Assembly (NCBI RefSeq): GCF_036321535.1
Contig: NC_087464.1
Coordinates: 12,028,001-12,092,000, forward strand
Length of the DNA stretch: 64,000 bases
Direction of reading: 5' to 3'
DNA from: Camelus dromedarius
Lineage: Eukaryota
This document shows, piece after piece, positions 11,566 to 25,870 of this stretch. The notes under the pieces are model-generated. The model saw nothing but the letters and a program-made list of their open reading frames with translations. It did not search any database and had not been told where the DNA came from. A program made the translations under genes and the position numbers. The stretch's first letter is position 1; every line of letters begins with the position of its first letter.

Positions 11566-11794
11566 GAAATCTGCCTCCTCTCGTCCTTTGTCACAGCAGA
11601 GAGGCCAGCTGTCCTCTTATCCAAACCCAGAACCTCCACCTGTGCTCTGAATGCCATCTCTTCCTGCCTTTTGAGACTCTTGTTCTATCAACTATTTCTT
11701 TCCTCTTTCTCATGTATTTACAGCTTCCTTTTGGATGTGTAATCATTCTGGTATTTCTCTTGGACCTAGGATATGTTGGACTCCGTTATACAAA

Positions 11795-11960
11795 TATTAT
11801 ATTAGTTCATTTAAGTCTCACAGTAGGCTTAGGATGCAGAAATGATGGCCCATTTCTACATGGGAAGAAACAGAGGCACAGAGAAGGGGAAAAACCTGCC
11901 TAGGGCCGCACAACTACTCAGTGGGGACGCCAGGATTTGAACCCAGCAGACTGGCTCAGT
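11795..11960 (-). mobile_element. MIR
   Basis: cccatttctacatgggaagaaacagaggcacagag...ggatttgaacccagcag. Confidence 0.75.
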
Positions 11961-13272
11961 CCAGCTCCTCATCAATCTGCCAGCCTGCTGGCTCCCATCT
12001 ACTCATGTTTATATACTGGCTTGCTCTTCCCATCTTAAATAAACCATCTAACCTTCCTTCCACGTACCCCCCGGCTGCTTCTCCATCTCTCACCAGCACT
12101 TAGCAAACTGCTTCTACACCAACGGTCTGCGATTCCTCACTCCACCCTCTCCTCGTCACTCAGTTCTGGTTTATGTTCCCATCACTAGAGCAAAAGAGCT
12201 CTTGTTTGAACACCTTAAGCATTTCTCTGTCCACATCTGATTTGAACTCTGTCAATGTTGGATGACGGCTGCACTTCCTCACTCCCGGGTAGTAAAGTTG
12301 GGGCTTCCTGGGTCTGACCAGAGGGAGGCTCCTGGAGAGACCTTCTCCCTTTGGAAGAAATAAACTCCTAGGAAGAGACATGATAAATGACCCCAACTGA
12401 AGATAAGGGTTGGAGTCCTCAGAGCAACTTTAAGATTCCTTCTGGCTCCAGTAATCCATTATTTTAAATAATCTCCTCTCAACACTATAAGGTTCCATGA
12501 ACAAGGACAGAAAATCCTTCCTTGATTCTTTCTGTTCCCCTGACAGAGGCTGCCTTCAATTAAAAATTTCAATTTTTCTCTGTATCCACACCCAACCAGA
12601 TTTTGTCCAGCATTACTTTCTATAGTTTTTCTTACAAAATATTCACTTTATAAAAATTTCAAAACAAAATATGATTGAATTTTTCCCCAGTAAAACAGTT
12701 TCCTGCACCCACCAAAATTTACTCCCTAAGAGTGATGCCCTCACCATCCCAGGTGGCAATCCCAGTCCGAGACGGACATATTAACGAAACACGCCCCTAG
12801 GAAGGAGAAGTGGATTCCAAGAAACCAGTGAAAATTATTAATAATTTTATTTGTTTGAGCTCCACCACATGCCTGGCACTGTCCCAGCGGCATGTTAATT
12901 TTTGCATTTTGGTCTTAGAAATGGGACACGCAGGCTCAAAATGTTAAATGATTTGCCCGGGGGTCACCCCCAGCGGATAAACTGGGAGAGCGGGGATTCA
13001 GGTCACGTGTAACCAAACCACATGTGCCTGCAGAAAGGTGGTCCCTGCACCCCGCTCTTTACCTGCTGCATGTAAGGATCTAATACCCTGCCGCCGGGGA
13101 GGTGCTGGAGACAGGCGGAAGCAAAGGTTACTCAACAAGCTGTTGTGAGACAGTTGGTGAGCTAATTGGGAAAAGATTCAAGTCAGATTCTCCAACCACA
13201 CCAATAAGGATAAAATGTGATCCAGCCATTGAAAGCTACGTGTAGGGACAGTTTCATATGAAAATTCATTCA

Positions 13273-13631
13273 ATCTTATTTCAGTCCATTTGGGCAGCCA
13301 GAACATAATACTGTTGTCTGGGAGGCTTATAAACAGTAGTAATTGTTAGCTCACAGTTCTGAAGGCGGGAAGTGCAAAATCAGGGTGCCAGCATGGCTGG
13401 GAGAGGGCCCTCTTCTGGGTCCCGGATGTCCTGTATCCTCACCTTGAAGAAGGGGCGGGGGAGCTCTCTGAAGCCTCTTCTATAAGGGCACTAATCCCAT
13501 TCATGAGGGCTCCACCCTCATGACCTCATGACCCCAAGGCCCTTCCCTCCAAATTCCATCACATTGGATATTAGGATTCGAATATGTGAATTTTCAGGGA
13601 TGGGGGAGACACAAACATTCAAACCACAGCA
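13273..13631 (-). mobile_element. MLT1A-like MaLR solo LTR
   Basis: ataagggcactaatcccattcatgagggctccaccctcatgacc; terminus ttcaaaccacagca. Confidence 0.85.
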
Positions 13632-14565
13632 CCTCCACTGGCCAGTCACTTAGTGTCCACTGTTGACAGTCACTGGGCTTCCAGCTGCAGACACAGTGTT
13701 AGCCTTGACTGTCATTTCCTGCTTTTTAAATTGTATTAGAAATATACTACCATAAAACCTTAATGGAGAGCTTGGCGGCCCTGAAAACTTCTCATTTCAT
13801 TCATGTCACACGGCATGGATAAATCCGTGCTCTTTAGAGAGAAGCAGATCGCCCCTCCGACGTGCTGCGTGGGGGTCTTGAGCCTGCCTTGCTGGGACTT
13901 GAAAGGCCTCTACCTTAAGCCGGCCTTTCTTCCCTCTCTTTTGTTCAGTTCTTGACAGACCTGCACTCAGACGCCGTGTCCCTGTTAACACAGCTGCAGC
14001 CTTTTCCTGAGAAAACCCCTGGAGGGCACCCAGGTTGGGGAGGACTTCAAAGTCACTTTTCTTCTGGGTGTTTCATGTGTCCCCTTCCCCACTCTGCTGA
14101 TTCTGGATAAACGCTGCCCTCCCCTCCCCCCACCCCCGACCAGCAGTCAGCACTCAGGGAACGTCACTGTCATCTGGAATGAGGACAACAGCACCACCAG
14201 TGACGGCGCTAGGGTTCTGGCTCCCAGTGGGCTCTAGCTTTGCAGCCCTTGGCCTCTCAAGGTCTCAGTGTCCTTCTCTGCAAAGCAGGGTCTTGTGGTG
14301 GGACCGCAGTGAGAAGCACCGGACAGACATGACTGTCAGCTGCAGTATCGTTACTTAAGGTGACGGTTACTGCCTTCGGGGTCAGAAGAAACCATTGCTG
14401 CATGTGAACTCTGCTGACCCCCCTTGAAACTGCTGTCCTCAGGGAAGCTGCCTTCCTCCAGTGCCGTCCGTTAGGGAGAAACAGGGAGCAGTGGACAGAA
14501 GAAGATGGAGCGTGTTAACCGTGGCAGAGCCGTGATTCCCGCCACTGCCGCTGCTCTGTCTGATG

Positions 14566-14584
14566 GTGTGTGTGTGTGTGTGTG
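14566..14584. repeat. (TG)n microsatellite
   Basis: gtgtgtgtgtgtgtgtgtg. Confidence 0.9.
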
Positions 14585-14639
14585 GGAGCATCCAGAGGGG
14601 AGGCCTGCCTGAGATTTAATTAGTGTGTTTGCCAGAAAC

Positions 14640-14920
14640 ACAATCACAGACATAGAAGACAAACTTATTACTGGTGGGGAAGGGAGTGGGGAGGGATAAA
14701 TTGGGAGTTTGGGATTTGCAGATCCTAACTACTATATATAAAATAGATAAACAACAAGGTCCTACTGCACAGCACAGGGAACTATATTCAATACCCTGTA
14801 ATAGCCTATAATGAAAAAGACTATGAAAAGGAATATATATATATATATAACTGAATCACTATGCTGTACACTAGAAATTAACACAACATCATAAATCAAC
14901 TATACTTCAATAAAAAAGAA
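14640..14920 (+). mobile_element. L1 3'UTR fragment (artiodactyl type)
   Basis: aaatagataaacaacaaggtcctactgcacagcacagggaactatattcaata...aactgaatcactatgctgtacac. Confidence 0.85.
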
Positions 14921-17900
14921 ATCAGTGCGTTTTCTTCAGCAAAGAAGTACTCAGCTAAATAGCACAAGAGGCACATCTGACAGTCATGTTGCCAAGAGCT
15001 GGGTGTGGCCCATGCACGGAGCCCCAATGGGATGCTTGTAGTGTGACCTGATCCCTGAGTGGATGGATGACACATCAGTCCTCCTTGCTCTGCAGACACT
15101 GAGTGAGACCCTGAAATATCCCTTAGGTCCCAGTATCCCCCTCCTTCATCAAGTGCCAATACCTCTCCAGGTTTTCTTTGAAACTCTTCCCCGCCTCCCC
15201 CTCGCATGTCCCCCCCCATCCCCCACCGTCCCTTAGATGTTGGGGTTGCTCAGAACTCACCCTTAGCCCTTGTGAAACCCCAGCTGCCGTTGTTCATCTT
15301 TATGCCCACATATCTCCAGGTACCTTCAGGCTCACTCCTGGCTCCAGAATCAGAGAATAGCCTGGACACTCCCCCCCACCCCCACAGACCTCAGACTAGC
15401 TCTCACACCCTGACCCTGTTCTCTCTCAGGGTTGTCTCAGGGAATGGCCCCCACCCAGTCATTCAGAATCAGGATGCTGTGGGCACTCCCCACCCTCCCA
15501 TCACCTAGCCTTCAGACTTGACCACCTGAGGACAGCAGGAGCCGCACCTTCGTGCCTTCCCTCTGGACCACCGCTGTGGCCTCTCTCTTAGCTCCCTCTC
15601 TGCAGAGAGTCATTCTTTGCCAACAGCTCCCACGTGGGACCCGGCTTTCCAAAAGGCAAAGTGCAGCATGGTGCTCCCTCCCGGACACTCTCCCAGGTTC
15701 CTGCACAGAGACCCACCATCTTCAAAGTAAAGTTCAGGCTCCTTAGCATAGCGCAGAAGACCCTTTCTGAGCTGGTGCTCCTTGTCCTCATCTTCACCTT
15801 TCCCACACATCCCCTTGCCAACTCCACCAAGCAATGGGCTGTTTCTGGCACGTGTGAGTCAGATCACAAGACTGTGCCTTTGAACATCATGCTCTCCTTC
15901 CAGGATCCTTTATTCTATTTTCCACTGACTTCATTCAGAGTTTATGACTTGACAACCTCAGGTCATATCTGCCCTGAATGTGTATTTGGGGGGCTTGCAT
16001 AATGTTGAATCTTTGAAAAATAAGAGGCCAATAGTTAAAAGTTAAGGGACTAGTCATTATAAAGTATCCTAAATTTTGGCTTCTTTTGAACAATCAAAGC
16101 ATTGGCAACCCTGAATCAGTCATTGGTGGAGCTGAGAAGCAGCTGTGCTTCATGCTGGGGGGTGGGGTGGTACATAGTATATTTTCACCCAGTCCACACC
16201 ACTCCTTATTGCCTTACACTGAGCTGTTTCATTTATTGTTGTGATCTGCCTGGAGCCTGAAGGAGGCATTTGAGTTTGAGATCCCTAGATCCACCCCCAC
16301 TCAGGCAGCAAAGCTCAGCTCATGTCACTTTTTCCATGACTTTCTCTGACTCAGACGGCCCTCTTATGCCAAGTACAGCAAGCCCACAGGACCTGAGGGT
16401 GTGCAGGAAGTGGCACGGGGTACTAGTCTCTTGTTCCCTTTCAATGATGACTGACAAGATGCTTATTGATGAAATCAACCATAGCAGAAGAGGAACACTG
16501 AGGGGCACTGACCTCCCCAACGCAACCCTCTCCACAGCAACATGCCCAATATTCAGAAGACAAAAGTTCCGGGAAAGGAAGTCTGGGAGCTCTGTTCTCC
16601 CTGTAACATGGTGTGAGGCGGCTTTCTGGGGCTTGCTGATTGAATCATCGACTGATAGACTAGTAAGAGGAACCCAGTCCTGGCTCTGGGAGGAAACTCA
16701 GCCCTAATGTCTCCCGGTGTCAGCTGGGGCCTCGATCCCCATTCCCCATCTCGTGTTCTGTAGGAGCCCAAGGCTCTGGGGAGGAACTGGGGTTGGGGGG
16801 TCTGCCCTTTAGGTCCTCCCTGTGAGCTGCTTTCTGATTGCCTTGGAGAAAAGCCCAGAGACAGTGCTCAGGGTGGAAAAAATGAACTCCAGCCTGTGGG
16901 TTTTGGGTGTGGAAAATGACTTCACCCCACAAACACCACTGTGGCTGGTGGAGGGGGGAGCAGGAACGGGCATAGGGAGGACGGTGGCACCCAGGGCTGC
17001 GTCCAGGGTGATGCCAGAATCGGGTGTCTGAGTGGGCACTTGAGGAGGACTCTGCTCAGATGGACAGAGCCCAGAGGAGTGATCGTCAGCAGACTCAATC
17101 CTGCCAGAGCACGGACCACGGGGCAGACACGGACCAAGTTCTCACCGTGGATTTTCTCCTTTTGTACCCATCACAACCCTATGAGGTGGGTCTTTTTATT
17201 ATTCCCATTTTGCTTAGATATGTGACGCATCATAGCCAAGGATTTACAGCAGGGAGGGGGCTAGAGGCAGGATTTAAACCCGGCTCCATCCGAAGGATGG
17301 TCTCCAAATCAGGAACTTGGTGCAAGGAGTGGGGGTGGGGTAAGGGTCAAAGCCTGAGCTGAGTCAAAACTGGAACTCAGTGTAACAGGAGCAAATGCCG
17401 AAGAGAAGCCAGAGGGCAGGGCCAGGTGGTCATCGAACCTGGGACACGACACCTGACTCCAGGCATGCCCAAAAGGTCACACGCCAGAGCTAAGACGGGG
17501 AGGTGTGGAGCCACGTCAGGACGGGGGGGCGTGTGCAGGGGCCTGGGGTTGTCCCTCTGACTTGATGCCTACCTCCTCATTCTAGACTTCGGCCCTGACA
17601 CTTTGAATAATTCCAGCAGCTTCTGCCAGGAAGTTCAGGCTTTGCAGAAGGCTGGGAGCCTGGTTTCCATTCTAAACAAGCACAAAGAAGAGGAACAAAG
17701 ATGGGTGAACAGGCAGCCCTCCTTTTTTGCTCTTCCTCTTGCCCTGAGCATCAGTCCAGACCCTCAGGGGGGGCTGGGGCCTGAGGGGCATCACAGTCAC
17801 AGGCCTGCCTGGACAGAGTCCAGGGGACAGCGGCTCAAGTCGTCACTGAGGGCTCTGCATTTGGGGGCTCCCGCAAAGCCTCACCCTCTCCCCACTTCTC

Positions 17901-18514
17901 CTGCCATCACATTCCTGTAGAAAACACCCCGGGGAGAAGGCTAGGGAGGAGGGGGCACAGCCAGCCCCCTCCTGAGTGTTTAGGATAATCAAAAGGCAAA
18001 GAGAATTCTTTCCCTGCTGACTTCCCATGTGACCGCAGTAGACTGACAGGTGGATGGGAGATTTAACCCTTCTTTCTAGACAGATCATATCCTCTTGTAA
18101 AACTTGCCTGCCCGGGCAGGTGTGGCAGGGCACATTCAGAACTGGGTGATGCTGCGGGCAGGCGTGGGGAGAGGACACACAGATGGGACGGGAGAAAGGG
18201 ATTTAGCCTCTTGTCTTCCTACTGGAAATATTTCTTTGAGCCAACACTGTCGAAAAATGAGGCAGCAAAAAAGAACACAGGTTTTGGAGGGATCCCTAAC
18301 TCCATCTTCATTAGCGGAGTATTTAAAACGGAGCTTCCTCATGCCTTAAAATGAGTAAACTGAAGAGTGAGAGAGAGGATGAATACATATCAACAGCTTG
18401 GCAGGTGTTATTTTAATTTTATTTTTATTATTGTTCTTATTCAAGTTTTCCAAGAAGAGAAAGTCGATCATGGCTGAAATCCTTTCTTTTCCTTTCTCCA
18501 TGTCCCAACCAGCA

Positions 18515-18760
18515 GGGGTTAATTGAGTACCTACTATGTGACAGGCCCTGGGCTGGACTCTGGGGTCACAGTAGGGGATGGAGACCCACTATCTCCAGTT
18601 ATAAATTTGGAGATAGGAACACACATACAGGAAACACTCCAGCAAAGGACACAGTCATAACCACCTACCCAAAGACTGGGTGGTGCTAAGAAGAAAACTG
18701 GAGACACAGTGATGGAGGGTTATAGACGGAGGGTACATTTGGGAGTGGGCAGGGAAGAGC
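18515..18760 (-). mobile_element. L2 fragment
   Basis: ttaattgagtacctactatgtgacaggccctgggctgg. Confidence 0.6.
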
Positions 18761-20830
18761 TGTTTTGGGGGCTGGTGTTTTGTCAGAACCCTAAAATATG
18801 AGGGGGCAGCCTTCAAAGGGCTGTGGGAAGCGCATCAGGCAGAGCGGTCTGCGCAGATCACGGCCCCAAAGGCGAGAGGAGCTGATGCGTTAGTGGCTCC
18901 CAACCTTCCCTCTTTTAAAATTCATGTCGTCTCTGGACACTTCTCACTCCGTTGATGGTCTCTGAATCCTCATCCGTCCTCTTCCTCTCCCCGCCTCTGT
19001 TTATTAGTCCCATTTTTGCCTCAAGATTGTGGCTTTCTGATACAACCTTTTCCTCTTTCCTTCTTTCCCCTCATCGTTTCTTTACCTTATTTTTACAAAT
19101 ACACACCTTTATTTGTAAAATAGTCTCCTCCTGCCTGGTCTCCGCCCTTGACCTGCTTCTCTTTGCTTCTCAAAGCTCTAGCAAGGCCAGACTGTAATCA
19201 GGGGTCCCCTTTCATTAGGGACCTCTCTGAAATCTCGCATCACCTCACCAGTCCAAGGAAAGAGTCCGCTCTCCTGTCACCAGGAGCCCACGGATGCCCC
19301 GGCCAATGGCCCTCCTGCAGGGGGCGCTCAGCCCTCTTGGTCACTGCTTTGGTCTCGATTCTCCCCCTAGTTCTTTGTCCTTCTCCATGGCCTTTGCTCC
19401 CTTGGCCCCTCCTTCCACCATCCTCCCCAAATGAGGGCAAAGACCGAAGCGTAATACTGGAGTCTCCATCTCAGCTCTGATCTCTCTCCTAAATATTCTT
19501 TCACACACTGGTCATGGTTGCCACCATCTAGGTGACCACAGACAAGCCCCTTCCCATCCTGGGGCCTTCGCTGTTTTGCTTGGAAGACAAAGGGGAATGG
19601 GCTTCTTTGTCCTTTCACTCCAATAATTGGTGATTGGTGATTTTTAAATGTCTTCATTCCCACATAGATGAACTCCATCCTCTTAAAGTCATTATGTTTA
19701 AAGCCAAACTCTCCATCGGACATTAAGGAATAGTTTCCCCCTGGATTCTGACAAGAGGAATCCAGTGGGCTCAGCCATTGTCCAGCCATCACCTGTGACA
19801 GTCCCAGAGGTTGCCATTTCTTCTGTAACCAAGACTCCCTAACTCTCTTTTCCTGGCCATTGATACCCTCTCCTCCCAGCCCAGACACTCCATGCAGCTC
19901 CTATAGGGGACCCGGGTGGTCTCCCCGCTTCTGCCTCTTCCAGCAATGTACCTATTGTCTGCACATTCCTGTTCCAAACACTCCAGGGGTCCCAACTGTC
20001 CATAGCAGCTCCTCTCCAGCTTTGTGGATCCCTTTGAGAATCCTTTCAAATGTATGAATCCTTTGCCCAGAAAAATGCCTAAAACATCAAGAGGTTCATG
20101 GATCTCCTGAAACCCATCACAGACTCTTCAGAGGTCTTTGGACCCCCAGGTAGACCTAAGCAACCCCCAAGGAATCAAGTGTGAGTCCCTCAGCCCCTGA
20201 CCTCCTGGCTCTGCACCCTCTGTTCTGTCTTATTTTCCTCCACCCCCATGTCCTCCACTCCAGCCAAGCCCCAAAGCTAGGAACAGCTCCTTGATGGGCA
20301 CTTGTACTGTCTGGCTTGGGCCATCCTTCCCATCTGGATTACCAACTTCAGTCTTCTTGCTGCTAAGTCTTGGACCCCTCCTTCTAGTCCCACCCTAATC
20401 TCACCTCCTCCAGAAAAATATCTCATTTGCTCCCCCCCCCTTGGTGGGGACTCCCTCTTGGGACCCTCTATAGTCTGAATCATGAGCACCATCAACAAAG
20501 TATTGCCATTTCTGTTTCTATTACACAGCAGGGCTCACTGAGGACGGGGACTCTCACTAGACTGAGATGCTTGTTGGTGACAATGAATCTTCCTGACAAC
20601 CAAAGGAAGGAGGCTTCCAAAACTCCCCAACTGAGCTATGACTGATGATAGCTTTCCTGTATTTTATTACACACACTCACGTGCTTTTCTAAAACATGGT
20701 AAATTGAGCATAATTTATCTGGAACACCAATCCCGCTGTAACAGAATGATTCTGCTGGCGGTACTGAGAGGTGGGAGGATGGCGACGCTACCGAGCCTGT
20801 CTTGTAAGTTCATCAAGAGGCTTTGCTGAG

Positions 20831-20948
20831 GGGGAGGGTATAGCTCAAGTGGTAGCCTGCATGCTTAGCATGCAGGAGGTCCTGGGTTCAATCCCCAGTA
20901 CCTCCTCTAAAAATAAATAAATAAATAACCCCACTCCCCTCCCCCCAA
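20831..20948 (+). mobile_element. tRNA-Ala(AGC)-derived camelid SINE (vic-1 type)
   Basis: ggggagggtatagctcaagtggtag...gggttcaatcccc with A/B boxes and A-rich tail; 16-bp TSD at 20815-20830 / 20949-20964 (13/16 identical). Confidence 0.9.
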
Positions 20949-23900
20949 AAGAGGCCTCGTTGAGATGTGCAAAGCGTCTACAGCAATGCCTGGCACGTGG
21001 CATGCTCAGTATGTTAGTTTGCCTTCCTCCTTTCCTTAGAGTGGCCTTCCCCCTCCACCCTTTTTAATGTAGAGCAGGTGGTAGGTGAAAATAGATCAGC
21101 ACCTATTTATTGCCCTGCTCTAAGATTTCAGGGCAAGGAATTTCCAGGCATAGCAAAAGGACGAGCTATTTCCAGTAAGTCTGGACTCACCCAACATGGA
21201 AGGCACCCAGTGGTGATGTTTGGGAGCTAGAGGAGATCTGTGGGTTTGTCGAATCCTCATTTACAGCTGGGGAAACTGAGGCCCCGAGAGCTTAGGGCCT
21301 GCCCTTGACGTGGCAGGTCCACAACCAAAGCCCAGATCTCCGAACTCTCACTCACTCCAGACACATCTCTCATCATCACGCGAGAACTCTCTCGGCCATC
21401 AGACCGTAAACTCCTCGTGCACTTTTTCTGGGCTGGGTTTATCTTTACATGTCACCAGCACCCAGCACAGGGCTTGTGAGCACCTGTGTATACTGAATCC
21501 GATGCATTCTACTCACATAACTTGGTGATGACCACACAGAGCTCATAGTAACTGTCACAGAAACCAGGTACCAGGGCGCCTTCCTGAGACTTTCCTCCAA
21601 GGGCCCGGTGAGTGGCTTGTAAAGCTGCTGTTCCTACACCTAATCGGAAACAGACTGACTTTTCTCGCAGCCTGGTCCACGGCAGAGTGTGTGTGCTGGT
21701 TATGCTGAAATGCTGCACTTGAGATACAATCCCTGAGCCTTTACCAGGTGACGTGCCCTGGGTATAAGGGAGATGAACAGGACAGAAATGGATCTTTCCC
21801 TCATGGGCAATCATCTTGTGGAAGATGAAAAAAAAATAAGAACAAAAGCTAATATATCATCGCTGAGTCCTGGCAGAACGACTTTCTCCAGTGGCTAATC
21901 TCTGCCTATTTCCAAGACAGAAAATAAAAACAGCACAACACAATGGGACTCCGATGAAGACCAAAAATCCAAAAGTCAACACATTTTACTTTATTTTATC
22001 TCAGTTGATCTCAACTCTCAAATGTTCCAGCTTCAAAAGGTAAGATTAGGTACCATTAAGCCGGCCAGACCAGCACTGATTTAAAAACCCTCCTCCCTGC
22101 TACAGGACAGAGGAGGTTGCAGACCCTTATTAATCTCCTTGTTATCAGCATGATCTCAGTCTGCCTGGAACCAGCCTCCCCGATTCCCAATTCTGGCCAC
22201 ATCCACATCCCTTCAATCCTCTGGCTTCTATGGACCCAGGCCACAGAGCTTGTCCAGCACCACGAATTACCCTGCTAAGAATACCTTAACAGTGGGCTGG
22301 TCTTTCTCCACGGAATCGGGGAAAAGGAAAAACGGGTTTCATCTATAAACAAGATGGAATTCAGTGGGTTTCAAATCAGACAATGATGCGGAAGCTCCTG
22401 TAACCCACCATGTTTTCTCTCCTTTGGCCATAGGAAGAAATGGATAAATGGTTGCAGAATGTAGGTGGCAGGGGTCTTCCTGAGCTTCTCTCAGGAGCTG
22501 ACTCCGTCCTTCCTGCCCTCCTTCCTTTCCTCCCTTTGTTCTCCAAATCAGCACTTGCTGTCTGCCGGGCACCATGCAAGGAGCTGGAACTACCACGCCA
22601 CACAGATCTGAAATGTTCCTAGCCCTCCTAACGCTGCAGTCTAGCAGGCAGTAAAGGCACCGGGCAAGAAACACAGAACGCGAGGAGCGGTCAAAGGAGA
22701 AACAAAGGGTGCCTGGAGATGTAAGATGGGGGTTCTTACCTAGTGGTGTTGCTAGGGGTGTGGTGGGGGCCTCTAGGGTCTAAATCATCCTTGCCCTTCG
22801 AGTCATCCGCAAGATTGTTTCATTGGACGAGTCTTCTTTTGTGCACTGGGCAACTTCCCACATACCGTAAGAAAGCATGTCTGTAACTAGGTGCTTTTGG
22901 GGAAGATTTAACTCACTTACTCTCTATAGAAGTTTTCAAGGAGTCGGCACGGCTTTGCTGCCAAGGGGGCAGATACTGGTTACGAGGAGAAGTCAAGCTG
23001 GCACATGGTCACTGCGTCGGCTGCAGTCACTTTGCTCATATTACCTTATTGACTTAATAGTTTTCTTTGAATCGACTCACTCAAAAACATAAATGAATTT
23101 ATCATAAAAGGAATCTTTGTATCACTACTATACGTGGAATATCAATATCCCTTGCCCCAAATAGGAAGTTATGGCAAAAATAAACGCAATTAAATTCTTG
23201 GCTTCCAGCCTGCCCAGAGGCTGTCTTTATCTGAAGTAGCAGATTGGTTTTAAAAGGCTCCCCTAGACTCGCCTCCGACTGCCCTTAGAGGCCTCCCCCA
23301 TCAATTCCTCTGCTTTTTATAACTGAGAATGGAGTTTGGAATTAGACTGCTGTTGGCTGGGCAAGCCACGGAAACCACTCAGGAACCCCAAGAACTCTAG
23401 AGAACTGTTACTGCATGTGCCAACTGTGAAGTGGGGCCATTGGCTGTGTGAATGATCACATCCTAGCCAAGATCATGAGAGGGCTTAATGATACAGCCAA
23501 GGAGTACTTGGCTAACCAGCTTCTCTGGAAATTTCTATCACATGCTCCAGCCATGGGTCAAGGTTATTTCTGGTATAGACACTCTGCAGCCTCCTTACGC
23601 TCATTTAATACATTGATTCAATCCTTGGGTAAGATTTCCCCTTGTCTTAATGCCTTGGGCCTCACTTGTGGGAAGGGCAAAGGGAGAGAAGCAGGCTAAC
23701 CCACAGGGCTAAACTGGGAAACGGCCAGCTAGACCTTGACAAAATTCAGGGTTTTTTTTTTCCCCAATGTTTATTAAGCAGTTACTTTACCTGAGTCTCA
23801 GTTTACTTATCCACAAAATGGGTTTTTCCAGGGTTTTATAATAATTGTGTGAAATACTGTATGAAAAACTCCTGGCCCACACACAGGTATCCAGCAAATG

Positions 23901-24069
23901 GCTATAATTATAACCATTATTAATTTTTATGATATCCATTTGAAGGTCACTCTGGGCCAATTCTGTGATGAGCAACAGGGGTCCTCAGGCAAGTTTCCCC
24001 TTGTCTGATGGGCCACAGTCATTGCTTTGGGCTGGGGCTCTGCAGAAAGCCAGGAAGCCAATTATTCCC

Positions 24070-24395
24070 TCCAATGGAGGGAGTGTGTATGCAAATTATC
24101 TGGGATCTTGTTCCGATGCAGACTTAATTTCATTAAGTCTGGATCTGGGGTGAGGCCTGAGATTTTGCATTCCTATCAAAACTCCAGATCCTGCCCAAGT
24201 TGCTGGGCCAAGAACCACACTTTGATTGACAAGGCTCTAGCCCAGTGATTCTTGGAGTGTGGTCCTCGGAAGGACCAGAGGCATCAGCATCACCTGGAAC
24301 TTGTTAGTGATGTCAGTTCTCAGGCTCTACCCCAGACCTGCTGAATCAGAAACTCTAGGGTGGGGCCAGTGCCATTTGTAACAGCTCCCGGCTGT
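24070..24395. mobile_element. Two adjacent MER5A/B (hAT-Charlie) elements
   Basis: aagaaccacactttga end; cagtgattcttggagtgtggtcc start; ccccagacctgctgaatcagaaactctagggtggggcc. Confidence 0.75.
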
Positions 24396-25114
24396 GGCAC
24401 TTCCTGCCCCTGGAAACCACAGCACTTGCTCTCTCCTGTTGTCTTATGGGAACTGTCTGGCATGAGCCTAAAAGTGGAAAGACAGCTGTATCTCAGCAGG
24501 TCCCAGCCCAGTGGAAACCAGACCTCAGGGGCTCAGCATTTTGGGACTCTCTTCTCTGTTCAGATTCATCCTTGAGCCAAAAGCACTAACTGTGGCTACT
24601 CTGATGCAGGTGGTAAGGAAAGGGGCAGCTGGGAACCTGGATCTGGGAGGGAGGGGTGGTCTGGGGCTGTCTGCACCATTGGCCTCTCTCCTCCACCACT
24701 CTGTGCCTTCCATGCAGTTTAGGCTTTTACGAGACATTGTGGGCCCCTTCCCTGAAATTAGACAAGGCAGGCCAACGAGTGTTTACAAAGTGTCCACAAT
24801 AAGTATATTTTTGCACTTTCCGCAGCCCTAAATCCCAGGTGTTGGGAATTTGGGCCACCTCCAAGCAAGTGTATCCAAATATACTCACAACAAAGAAATG
24901 GTTTGTATTTCTTTAATTCTCGTCTGAGACCCTTCCACTTTTTCTCCCTCTACGCCCTCCCCCTCCCCATGCTTTTTGGTACTATATTATTTTTTGAATT
25001 AAATAATGCATTGATGTTGCTTTGTTAATATCACAACTAAACTCTTCAAATAAATCAATGTGTCTTGAGCACCTGCCAGGCACTCTTTTGGCTGCTTCCA
25101 TTTGTGTGTGTGTG

Positions 25115-25710
25115 TGTTTAATTGTGGTAAAAATATACATAACCTAAAATCAGCCATCTTCACTGTTTCAACTGTACAGTTCAGTAGTGTTAGGCACATT
25201 CAGATGGTTGTGCAACCAATCTCCAGAATTCTTCTCATCTTGCAAAACTGAAATTCTGTGCCAACTGAACAATAACTCCCCATTCCCCCAGCTCCTGGCA
25301 ACTACCATTCTACTTTCTGTCTTTATGAATTTGAATACTCTAGTTACCATGTATAAGAGAAATAATACAATATTTGTTCTTTGTGTGGTTTATTTAATTT
25401 AGTATAATGTTCTCAAGGCTCATCCATGTTGTAGCATGTGTCAGACATTCCTTCCTTCCTAAGGCTGACATTCCATTATATGTACACATTGCGTTTTCCT
25501 TATCCATTCATCCACTGGTGGACATTTTTTGGCTACTGCAAATAATACTGCTATAAACATGGGCGTACAAATATCTGTTCAAGTCCTTTCTTTTGATTCT
25601 TTTAGGCGTAACTCAGAAGTGGAATGGCTGGGTCAGATGGTAATTCTATTTTTATTTTTTGGAGGAACTGCCATACTATTTTCCACAGCAGCTGCACCAT
25701 TTTCCATTTC
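25115..25710 (-). mobile_element. L1MB-like 3' end
   Basis: ttaattgtggtaaaatatacataac...ctataaacatgggcgtacaaatatctgttcaagtcc. Confidence 0.85.
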
Positions 25711-25724
25711 CATCATTTACATTT

Positions 25725-25870
25725 TATTTACTCCCCAGAACACTGTGAGGTGGATATTATTAATACTCCATTATACAGATTAGGAAACTGAGGCTCAGAG
25801 AGGTGAAGCCACCTGCCCGAAGGTCACACAGGTAATAAGTGTTTCATCAGACACAAGAGCCTCAGTCTTC
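25725..25870 (-). mobile_element. MIR
   Basis: ccattatacagattaggaaactgaggctcagagaggtgaagccacctgcccgaaggtcacacag. Confidence 0.8.
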
